From the IMG/VR virus record IMGVR_UViG_3300021379_002077, positions 1-53,039 of that record: a stretch of 53,039 bases of DNA, one strand, 5' to 3'. Every line of letters begins with the position of its first letter. Positions within the stretch are counted from its first letter, which is position 1. Both the position numbers and the translations under genes were made by a program. The notes under the pieces were generated by a model that did not search any database, was not told the origin of the DNA, and saw only the letters and a program-made list of their open reading frames with translations. This DNA comes from a virus. Lineage: Duplodnaviria > Caudoviricetes. Positions 28,599-36,730 of this stretch are shown here, in pieces.

Positions 28599-29623
28599 AG
28601 AAAGTAATTATCACAGGAGTTACAGGTCAAGATGGCAGCTTTATGGCTGACTATTTACTGAAGAATACTGAGCATACTATTGTTGCTGGTGTTAGGAGAC
28701 TTAGCGTTAAGAATCACAAGAACATTTCTCACTTGCTTAATCACCCTCGATTTAAGTTAATTGATTTAGATGTTTCTGATCAAGCTAATACAGAAGAAGT
28801 AATTGCTAAAGAAAATCCTGATTACTTTATTAATTTTGCGGCTAATTCATTTGTTGGTGTGAGTTGGACTCAACCAGTTAATCATATGCAGACAAATGCG
28901 ATGGCTGTTTTATATCAGCTCGAAGCTATTCGCAAGCATTGCCCAAAATGTCGTTATTACAATGCTGGCTCCTCAGAGGAATTTGGAGACGTTGTAGAGA
29001 CTCCACAATCAGAAACTCATCCACTACGCCCAAGAAGCCCCTATGGTGTTTCTAAAGCCAGCGCAAGGCACATGGTAAAGGTTTGGAGAGAGTCTTATAA
29101 ACTTTATGCTATTCAAGGATGGTTATTTAACCACGAAGGAACTCGTCGAGGAGAAGAGTTCGTTACTCGCAAGATTACCAAGAATGTAGCTCGTATTAAA
29201 AATGAATATGTTAATGGTGATTTCAAGCCTCTTGAATTAGGCAATGTAGATACTAAAAGGGATTGGAGTGATGCCGAAGACTTTGTGGAAGGTGTTTGGT
29301 TAATGCTCAATCAAGAAAAGCCTAAAGAGTATGTTCTATCTTCAAATGAGACTCATACTATTAGAGAATTCATTGAAGAAGCATTTAACTTTGCTGGATT
29401 TGCAAGAGAACAATGTGAATGGCAGGGTTATGGACTTAACGAGAAGTATATTCATGAAGGCAGGGTTTTAGTTCAAATCAATCCTCAGTTCTATAGACCA
29501 GCAGAAGTAGATCTATTATTAGGTGATTCTAATCTAGCTAGAAGAGAGTTAAATTGGGAACCTAAAGTCAACTTTATTAACTTAGTTAGAAAAATGGTTG
29601 ACAGAGATCTATTGGAATATTAG
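28595..29623 (+). CDS. gmd: GDP-mannose 4,6-dehydratase
   Basis: ITGVTGQDGSFMA, AANSFV, SSEEFG, PRSPYGVSK, LFNHE..RRGEEFVTRKIT, LGNVD.KRDW, YRPAEVDLLLGD. Confidence 0.95.
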   Translation: MKKVIITGVTGQDGSFMADYLLKNTEHTIVAGVRRLSVKNHKNISHLLNHPRFKLIDLDVSDQANTEEVIAKENPDYFINFAANSFVGVSWTQPVNHMQTNAMAVLYQLEAIRKHCPKCRYYNAGSSEEFGDVVETPQSETHPLRPRSPYGVSKASARHMVKVWRESYKLYAIQGWLFNHEGTRRGEEFVTRKITKNVARIKNEYVNGDFKPLELGNVDTKRDWSDAEDFVEGVWLMLNQEKPKEYVLSSNETHTIREFIEEAFNFAGFAREQCEWQGYGLNEKYIHEGRVLVQINPQFYRPAEVDLLLGDSNLARRELNWEPKVNFINLVRKMVDRDLLEY

Positions 29624-29631
29624 TCTTAGTT

Positions 29632-30072
29632 ATGCCTAGAGGTAAAAGAACTTGTCCCGAATGTAATTCTTTATGTTCGGTTCGTTCTTCATCTTGCTCT
29701 TGCGGTCATAAGTTTGAGCGAAAGGTTCGCAAAAAACCAGTTTTCTTTAAAGAGAGAAAGGAATTCATCAAGCGAATGCTTGAAGGGCAGAAATCTCTTG
29801 ATTATAAACTTGATATGATGGTCGCGACAAAGATCTTCAAAGAGTTTGAGGATAATATTGATTTTCTTGAAAAAGTCCGTTCTCCATTTAAATTTGACGG
29901 TTCAATTAAATTCTTCTTAACCAAGGAGGGAATGGATTACTTAAAGAAAAAAAAGCTTGAATTTGAATACAAGCCAAAAAAATCTGAAAAAATAGTTGAC
30001 CATAAAAAGAAAGTCGGAGAAGATAGATTGATCGAAAGAAGAAAAACCCTGAGAGATTTTTTAGATGAGTAA
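29632..30072 (+). CDS. zinc-ribbon protein
   Basis: N-terminal CPEC...CSCG; basic; first gene of the replication operon. Confidence 0.6.
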   Translation: MPRGKRTCPECNSLCSVRSSSCSCGHKFERKVRKKPVFFKERKEFIKRMLEGQKSLDYKLDMMVATKIFKEFEDNIDFLEKVRSPFKFDGSIKFFLTKEGMDYLKKKKLEFEYKPKKSEKIVDHKKKVGEDRLIERRKTLRDFLDE

Positions 30073-31174
30073 AATAAGTACATCAGAATATACGGAGCAA
30101 TTTTTTAAAGCTAATAAAGACTACCATTATAACCTACAAGAGACTGCTGAAGAGTATGTTGTTTCTAGTGGTTCAATGATTTTGGACTCATTTCTTAGTG
30201 GAGGTTTCTCTGCTGGAGTTCATAGATTTGTTGGAGCAAATGAAGGTGGTAAAACAAATGAAGCTCTTCATGTTATGTTCAACATGATGAATTCTGTTGA
30301 TAATTCTAAAGGGCTTTTTATTAAAGCAGAAGGTCGTTTATCTTCAGATGTTCAGAAGCGTTCTGGATTGAAATTTGTCTTTGACCCAAAAGATTGGGTA
30401 ACAGGAACGTGTTTAGTTTTTGAATGTAATGTATTTGATGTAGTTTTTGATTATTTGAGAGGGTTGCTTCGAAACAACCCAAACAAGGAAAAGTTTTGCA
30501 TTGTCATCGACAGTATGGATGGCTTGCTTCCTAAAGCTGAACTTGATAAGACAACCAGTGACGCAGCTAAAGTCGCTGCTGGTGCTTTGATGACTTCAGA
30601 TTTCTTAAAGCGAGTTAGTATTGGAATGGCAAAGTTTGGACATATGTGTATATTAATCTCTCAGGTTCGGTCAAGGATTGATGTCAACCCTTACGCTAAG
30701 GGTGATCCAAACAACCAAACCAATGCTAGCGGTGGCAATGCAGCTCTTCACTATCCTGATTGGATTCTCGAATTCCAGAAACAAAACAAGTCTGATAAGA
30801 TTCTTGAAAAGCCAAATCAACAGATTACCCCAGATAACAAGATCTATGGTCATATGGCTAAAGTTCTTATTTGCAAGTCAACCAATGAGACTACTGGTCA
30901 AATTGTAAAGTATCCAATCAAACATGGTCGTACTGATGGTAAATCAGTTTGGATCGAAAGGGAGATTGTTGAGATGTTGATGATGTGGGAGTATATTGAA
31001 AAGTCTGGTGCTTGGTTTTCTATTGATGAAGAAGTTATTTCATTTCTTGCTGGAGAGGGAGTTGAGATTAAACCTAAGTTTCAAGGCATGGCTTCTATCT
31101 ATGAATATCTTGAAGAAGACGAGAAGGCTACAGCCTCACTAAGAAAATTCGTTCAAGAGAAGATTCTGGAATGA
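30065..31174 (+). CDS. recA: RecA/UvsX-like recombinase
   Basis: SSGSMILD, Walker A GANEGGKT, Walker B IVIDSMD, ISQVR, SGGNAALHY, IEKSGAWF. Confidence 0.88.
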   Translation: MSKISTSEYTEQFFKANKDYHYNLQETAEEYVVSSGSMILDSFLSGGFSAGVHRFVGANEGGKTNEALHVMFNMMNSVDNSKGLFIKAEGRLSSDVQKRSGLKFVFDPKDWVTGTCLVFECNVFDVVFDYLRGLLRNNPNKEKFCIVIDSMDGLLPKAELDKTTSDAAKVAAGALMTSDFLKRVSIGMAKFGHMCILISQVRSRIDVNPYAKGDPNNQTNASGGNAALHYPDWILEFQKQNKSDKILEKPNQQITPDNKIYGHMAKVLICKSTNETTGQIVKYPIKHGRTDGKSVWIEREIVEMLMMWEYIEKSGAWFSIDEEVISFLAGEGVEIKPKFQGMASIYEYLEEDEKATASLRKFVQEKILE

Positions 31175-31578
31175 TTTTTTTAACGACAACGGGTCGTGAA
31201 CAAAAGCTGAAAAATTCTTCTAAGTACTTAATAGACTGGGATAAAAAATGTCGCAGCAAGATTCAGAAGAATGTTAAAGATCTTTTATATCGACATTGGA
31301 TTGCTGACATAGTGTTTGAAGAACTCCCTGTTCTTGGTACTAGGATGACTTTAGACTTCTACAATGCTAATAGAAAAATAGCTGTAGAGGTTGATGGGAA
31401 TCAACACTATAAATATAATAAATTTTTTCATTCTAATTCGAGGCAGAATTTTTTATCTCAACTACAGAGAGATGAGAAAAAGGAATATTTCTGCGAGATT
31501 AACAAAATTAGACTTGTAAGAATCCTAGAGAGGGATACTTTAAATACGGAACTGCTTAAGAAACTAGATTTAATATGA
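31171..31578 (+). CDS. DUF559/Vsr-like PD-(D/E)XK endonuclease
   Basis: E...LDFY....IAVEVDGNQH...RDEKK...C....IRLVRI. Confidence 0.8.
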   Translation: MIFLTTTGREQKLKNSSKYLIDWDKKCRSKIQKNVKDLLYRHWIADIVFEELPVLGTRMTLDFYNANRKIAVEVDGNQHYKYNKFFHSNSRQNFLSQLQRDEKKEYFCEINKIRLVRILERDTLNTELLKKLDLI

Positions 31579-31796
31579 GCCTTTTTGACAAGACCGATAA
31601 CACTTTACCTAAAAGTATACTGACTAAATTGTATGATTGTACTGGTTCTCCGACAGGTGGGAACAAAGGCTTCTTTATGTTTTATATAAATGATATGGGT
31701 CAACCGACTTTTGCAACTAAGACTGAAAATTCTTGTGTTGACATGGCCCTTACTAAACTTGTAGAACTATCTTTAGAGAAAGGGGCTAATGAATGA
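31575..31796 (+). CDS. hypothetical protein
   Basis: 73 aa; 4-nt overlaps with both neighbours inside the replication operon. Confidence 0.7.
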   Translation: MSLFDKTDNTLPKSILTKLYDCTGSPTGGNKGFFMFYINDMGQPTFATKTENSCVDMALTKLVELSLEKGANE

Positions 31797-33343
31797 TTGC
31801 AAACATGGATTTAGAGAAGACTGTTTTAAAAGGTCTTCTTCAGCACCCAAACAAATGGGCAGAGGTTTCTATATTCTTAAATGACAAAGATTTTTACAGC
31901 GAGGACTCTCAAGTCCACCTTTCTATCTTTAAGTTGATTCGCAATGCATTAGATAATGCTGAGACTATTGATGATACTATTTTAATCCCAAGGTTGGAAC
32001 AGCTTAAAGTAAGTTTCCCAGATAGCATTGATCTGGCAGAATATATTCGTTCTTTAGCTTATCAGAAGATAACGGAAGAGATTTTTATTTCCTCTGTCAA
32101 AGAGTTGAAGAAGTTTTCTGCTCGTAGGGAAATTTACAATTCTTGTAAGGATGTCGCTAATTATGTAAAGAAGGTAGATCCGAACCTCAAGTATTCTGAA
32201 ATTATTGATCGTGCAGACGAGATGTATAACAAGAATATTAAAGAGTTTGAGTTTACAGATGAAGGACCAGTAAATCTTTTTGATATTATGGAGGATCTTA
32301 TTGAAGAACGTGGAAACAATCCTGTTGAAGAGGCTGGATTGATGGGTCCACATCAAAGAATTAATGATATTTATGGCTCTCTTCTTTTAGAAGGTAACAT
32401 CTCTGTTATTGTAGCTCGTTCTGGCGTTGGTAAGACTCAGTTCTGCATGGATTATACCACTAGAACAGCAGCGAAATACGATATTCCAGTTTTGCACTTT
32501 GATAATGGTGAGATGAGTGAGGAAGAGCTTGTTATGCGTCAATGTTCAGCTATGACGGGAATTCCTATTTATCTCCTTCAAAGTGGTAAGTGGAGAACTT
32601 CTAGCTACAAAGAGTGGAGTGCTGAAGAGGTTGTTGAAAAAGTTCGTTCTGCTTGGGATAAGATAAGGGATGGTAAAATGAAGTTTTACTATGAGAATGT
32701 TGCGGGTATGTCTGCTGATGAAATGTGCTCTTACCTTAAACGATTCTATTACTCAAAAGTTGGTCGTGGTAATCCAATGATCTTCAGCTTTGATTATATT
32801 AAAACTGACTTTAATAATTTAGGCAAAGTAGATGGATGGCAGCAAGTTGCTTCTATGGTTCACAAGTTTAAGCAAACTATTCATAGAGATCTTTGTTTTG
32901 ATGGAAAGCCTTGTGTTTCAATGATGACATCTGTTCAGGCAAACCGTCTTGGTATCACGGGGAACAGGGGAGCAGATTCAATTGTTGATGATGAAAGCGT
33001 AGTTTCTCTTTCTGATGGTATTACTCAATTTTGTTCTCATCTTTTCTTACTTCGTCGTAAAATACCTGATGAAATTCATGAGGAGGGAGATCGATTCGGA
33101 ACCCATAAGTTAATCAACTTAAAAGCTCGCCACTTGGGTAAAGATGCTCTTCGTGCTATTAATCCTGTAGAGATGCCAGATGGCTCCAATAAGAAAAACT
33201 TTATCAATTTAAATATTGAAAACTTCCGTGTTGAAGAAAGGGGTGACTTGCAAGACATTGTTGATTCAATGAATAATACAGATATTCAATTGCAATCAAG
33301 TGCAGAAGTTAATGCTATCCCAGCTGCTTTTTTAGATGACTGA
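31793..33343 (+). CDS. dnaB: DnaB-like replicative helicase
   Basis: N-terminal LEKTVL..LL...DFY...H..IF; Walker A ARSGVGKT; GEMS; FDYIK; QANR; KARH. Confidence 0.92.
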   Translation: MIANMDLEKTVLKGLLQHPNKWAEVSIFLNDKDFYSEDSQVHLSIFKLIRNALDNAETIDDTILIPRLEQLKVSFPDSIDLAEYIRSLAYQKITEEIFISSVKELKKFSARREIYNSCKDVANYVKKVDPNLKYSEIIDRADEMYNKNIKEFEFTDEGPVNLFDIMEDLIEERGNNPVEEAGLMGPHQRINDIYGSLLLEGNISVIVARSGVGKTQFCMDYTTRTAAKYDIPVLHFDNGEMSEEELVMRQCSAMTGIPIYLLQSGKWRTSSYKEWSAEEVVEKVRSAWDKIRDGKMKFYYENVAGMSADEMCSYLKRFYYSKVGRGNPMIFSFDYIKTDFNNLGKVDGWQQVASMVHKFKQTIHRDLCFDGKPCVSMMTSVQANRLGITGNRGADSIVDDESVVSLSDGITQFCSHLFLLRRKIPDEIHEEGDRFGTHKLINLKARHLGKDALRAINPVEMPDGSNKKNFINLNIENFRVEERGDLQDIVDSMNNTDIQLQSSAEVNAIPAAFLDD

Positions 33344-34385
33344 TTATAAGTCAGTTTTAGAGAGTTTAGGTTATCGCCTCAAAGATCACGGTTCTTATTG
33401 GAGAACAAGTGCGCTTTATAGGTCTGGTGATAATTCAACTGCTTTACAGATCTACAAAGATACTGGAGTATGGAAAGATTATGTTGAAGATTCAATGTTT
33501 CTTCCCTTCGAAGCTTTGCTACAAAAAACATTAAATACTAATGATAAGTCTGTTTTAAAATCTTATTTGAAGAGTGATAGTGTAAATATATATAGCAAAC
33601 TTCCTAAAAAGAATTTATTGAGCGAAGAAAAGTCATTCCCAGCTTCTGTTTTAAACAAGCTCTTGCCGCATTATGATTTTTATTTCAATAGAGGTATTTC
33701 AGAAAACACTCTAAAGAAATTTCAATGTGGCCTAGCTATGTCTGGAAAAATGTATCAGAGAGTTGTATTCCCCGTATTTCGCTCTGACGGACGCATACAC
33801 GGCTTTTCTGGCCGCAAGGTAACAGATGACCCTAGACCCAAGTGGCTGCACAATGGACGCTGTTCTGATTGGTTTTATCCGTATTATACAATTGATGAAG
33901 TTGTATCTTCTATTGAAGAAGAAAGATCTGTTCATATTGTAGAATCAGTTGGTGATTGTGTTTCGTTATTTGAAGCGGGAGTCAAAAATGTTCTTGTTTC
34001 TTTTGGCTTAAATATTTCTCCTAAATTTATTTCTAGATTAAATGGATTATCTTTAGATAAGATTTTTATTTCTTTTAATAATGATTTTAATTCAGATCAT
34101 AATAGAGGTTTTGAAGGAGCAATCAAATCTATCTTCAAGCTTAGTGAACAGATTGACTTTGAGAAAATTTACTTTTGTCCTCCAGCAGAAAATGACTTTG
34201 GTGAGATGACAAAAGAACAGATTGAGAAACATGTTGAATATTCTAGTCTTCTTAATCATAATGAATCAATGGCCAATGTTATTGATTTCGCTAATGAAAT
34301 GAATAAGCGGGGGGTCAACAAAACTTTCGCTGCGAATTTACGGAAGTTTCAAAAGAAATACGACTTCCATTATGGAGAAATTTGA
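33336..34385 (+). CDS. dnaG: DnaG-like primase (TOPRIM)
   Basis: RGIS, RVVFPV...GRIHGFSGR, PKW, IVESVGDCVSL..AG..NV, FNND...G, NDFGEM. Confidence 0.88.
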   Translation: MTDYKSVLESLGYRLKDHGSYWRTSALYRSGDNSTALQIYKDTGVWKDYVEDSMFLPFEALLQKTLNTNDKSVLKSYLKSDSVNIYSKLPKKNLLSEEKSFPASVLNKLLPHYDFYFNRGISENTLKKFQCGLAMSGKMYQRVVFPVFRSDGRIHGFSGRKVTDDPRPKWLHNGRCSDWFYPYYTIDEVVSSIEEERSVHIVESVGDCVSLFEAGVKNVLVSFGLNISPKFISRLNGLSLDKIFISFNNDFNSDHNRGFEGAIKSIFKLSEQIDFEKIYFCPPAENDFGEMTKEQIEKHVEYSSLLNHNESMANVIDFANEMNKRGVNKTFAANLRKFQKKYDFHYGEI

Positions 34386-35418
34386 AAACAAGCCTCTCTC
34401 AGCATCGCGTATTAAAACAATGCAAACTTGCACTTGGCAGTATTGGGCCAAGTATCATCTGAGGCTACCAGATAAATCTAATCATGGTTCTCTTCGTGGC
34501 ACAATTTGTCACGCAGTATTTGAGAATCTTGGTAATCCACGCCACAGGAAGCATTATAAGGCAATTATCAAAGCTCAGGATATAAATGCTAGTCCACCAA
34601 TTAAACGCATGGTAGAGGCTTATGCGAAGAAATATGAGATTGATGATTTTGAAAATATGGATCTCATCAACAAGATGACTGTTGAGGGTCTTAACTTTGA
34701 TTTCTTTGGTGACACAGACAGTAAACCCACAGAAGCTATTTCAGAAAAAGATTTTGATATTTCTGTAAATGAAGATGACAAGAACTACAGAATATTAGGT
34801 TTCATTGATAAACTTTTTTTATTTAAAAGGAAGAAGACGGCAATCATTAGAGACTTCAAAACATCAAAAAGTATTTTTGAGGGTAAAGAGTATACTGATA
34901 ACATGCAGGATTATATGTATTGTCTTGCTGTAAAATATTTATATCCAGAATACCTCAAGCGTAAGATGGAATTTTTATTCTTAAAATTTGACCTTCAAGG
35001 TGAAGGTTATTTAGAAATGGAGCCACTAGATGAATTGGATCTTGAAGGTTTTGAATATTTCCTTACAGATGTTCAAAAGGTCATCAATAATTTTAATGAG
35101 GAGACTGCAAAGAGTGGCCTTGCCTTTGATAAAGGATATCCATCTAAAGAAGAGGGGTTTGCTGGTAGGATTGTTTGTGGTAGAGCTGAATATGTTGGTC
35201 AACTAAAGAAGAATGGAGATTTAATGTGGCATTGTCCTTTTAAATTTCCGTTTGATTATTACCATCTGCTTGGAGAGGATGATCAGTTTATTAAATCTTC
35301 TTATACAAAAGGAGAACTCCAAGAGATGCTTGATGAAGGTATTGGAGTTAAAATTGAGCAAAAAAAATATAAAGGTTGCCCCGCTTTTTCATTTGACAGC
35401 CCGATGGATTTGCTTTAG
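34372..35418 (+). CDS. RecB-family PD-(D/E)XK exonuclease
   Basis: LSASRIKTMQTC, GTICHAVFE, GFIDKL, IRDFKTSK, Q..MY; additional C-terminal cysteines. Confidence 0.85.
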   Translation: MEKFENKPLSASRIKTMQTCTWQYWAKYHLRLPDKSNHGSLRGTICHAVFENLGNPRHRKHYKAIIKAQDINASPPIKRMVEAYAKKYEIDDFENMDLINKMTVEGLNFDFFGDTDSKPTEAISEKDFDISVNEDDKNYRILGFIDKLFLFKRKKTAIIRDFKTSKSIFEGKEYTDNMQDYMYCLAVKYLYPEYLKRKMEFLFLKFDLQGEGYLEMEPLDELDLEGFEYFLTDVQKVINNFNEETAKSGLAFDKGYPSKEEGFAGRIVCGRAEYVGQLKKNGDLMWHCPFKFPFDYYHLLGEDDQFIKSSYTKGELQEMLDEGIGVKIEQKKYKGCPAFSFDSPMDLL

Positions 35419-35421
35419 TAT
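35393..35421 (+). promoter_or_regulatory. sigma70-type promoter for polymerase genes
   Basis: TTGACA-17 nt-TAGTAT, ending 6 nt before ATG 35428. Confidence 0.65.
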
Positions 35422-35427
35422 TCTTGC

Positions 35428-36129
35428 ATGACCCCGCTTTTTAAGAGTCAATTTAGTATAGGTAGATCTATACTTACTCCAGAAAAGATTCTCCAAATAG
35501 CTCAAGAAAATTATTTGGAGCGTGTCGTTCTTGTAGAAGACTCTTTTTACGGGTTTAGGATTTTTAACAAGCTCTTTCAAGAAGAGGATATACCTTTTGT
35601 TTTTGGGCTAAGGCTATCTGTTGTTAATGATGATATCGATCCTAATGAAAAGCCTAGTAAGTTGGTATTCTTTGCTAAGAATAATGACGGCATAAGAGCT
35701 TTAAAGAGGTTTTATTCTGACGCATCTCTTGACGAGAAAAATGCCTTAGTGTTAAGTCGTTATCCTACGGAGGACTTTGCTAATGTTTTGGTTGCTGTCC
35801 CGTTTTACGATTCCTATATCTTTAATAATATTTTTTATTTTGGTTTATCTCACTTAAATATTGATCGTTTAGATCCTATTTACTTTGTTGAAGATAATGA
35901 TCACCCTTTTGATTTTCAAATCAAGTCTGTCATTAATGGTCTTGCCGTGAAGACATCTAATGTTAAAACTATTCTTCATGAGAATAAAGAAGACTTTGAG
36001 GCTTTTCAAATGTATAAGGCTGCTTGTAGCAGATCTCAGGGCAAGAGTCCCACTTTTCAAAAACCTAACTTAGACCACTTCTGTTCAGACAAGTTCTGCT
36101 GGGAGTCATATAAAGATGCTACCTCATAA
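35428..36129 (+). CDS. DNA polymerase III alpha PHP domain (stand-alone)
   Basis: PLFKSQFSIGRSIL (cf. LH.HS.YS..D), FVFGLRL, LVFFAKNNDGIRAL (cf. L.LLAKN..GY.NL). Confidence 0.8.
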   Translation: MTPLFKSQFSIGRSILTPEKILQIAQENYLERVVLVEDSFYGFRIFNKLFQEEDIPFVFGLRLSVVNDDIDPNEKPSKLVFFAKNNDGIRALKRFYSDASLDEKNALVLSRYPTEDFANVLVAVPFYDSYIFNNIFYFGLSHLNIDRLDPIYFVEDNDHPFDFQIKSVINGLAVKTSNVKTILHENKEDFEAFQMYKAACSRSQGKSPTFQKPNLDHFCSDKFCWESYKDATS

Positions 36130-36730
36130 TCAAAAATATTTAGTATTCGATACTGAGACTGAAGGATTGAATCTTCATTCTTCTCGTCCTTGGCAAGTCG
36201 CTTGGTTGATTTGTCAAGGCAACAAAGTCTTGGAGAGGCATGATCGTCTTATTAATTATAAGGATCTTGAGATGAGTAAAACTGTAGAGAAGTTAACTGG
36301 TTTTACTTGGGATAGATATAACGCAGAGAAAGAGCCTCTAAAGAAAGTTTGGTCTGATTTTAAAAAGTATTTATTCAATCCAGAATACAAGATTGTTGGG
36401 CAGAACTTACTTGGCTTCGATGTTTATATGGTTGCGATTATGCAACGTCTTTTAGGCGAGACTCCAGACTATTCTTATTTGACCAGAATCTATGACACTA
36501 GGGCTTTAGGAAAAGCTTATAGAGAAGAGTTAGATAAACCCAATAAAGATTTTCTTAGTTGGCAATATAAGATAATTCATGACAGGACTCTAAAAGCAAG
36601 AGTCTCTCAGCTTCAGTTGTTGAAGTTTTTTGGTATAGATTTTGAGGAAGATAAATTGCATGATGCATTATATGATAACGAGATGTGCTTTAAGGTTTTT
36701 TGTGCGCTTAAAAAAGAAATGGGGTTATAA
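36116..36730 (+). CDS. DEDDh 3'-5' exonuclease (DnaQ/epsilon-like)
   Basis: ExoI VFDTETEGL, ExoII GQNLLGFD, DT, ExoIII HDALYD. Confidence 0.9.
   Translation: MLPHNQKYLVFDTETEGLNLHSSRPWQVAWLICQGNKVLERHDRLINYKDLEMSKTVEKLTGFTWDRYNAEKEPLKKVWSDFKKYLFNPEYKIVGQNLLGFDVYMVAIMQRLLGETPDYSYLTRIYDTRALGKAYREELDKPNKDFLSWQYKIIHDRTLKARVSQLQLLKFFGIDFEEDKLHDALYDNEMCFKVFCALKKEMGL

Noticed and set aside
33580-33595. GTGTAAATATATA inside the primase gene as another late promoter
   Set aside because: No appropriately placed downstream start codon; a 5-mer will also occur by chance in coding DNA.
34372-35418. Cas4 as part of a CRISPR-Cas system
   Set aside because: It sits within the replication operon with no cas1/cas2 or array; better explained as a RecB-family recombination nuclease.
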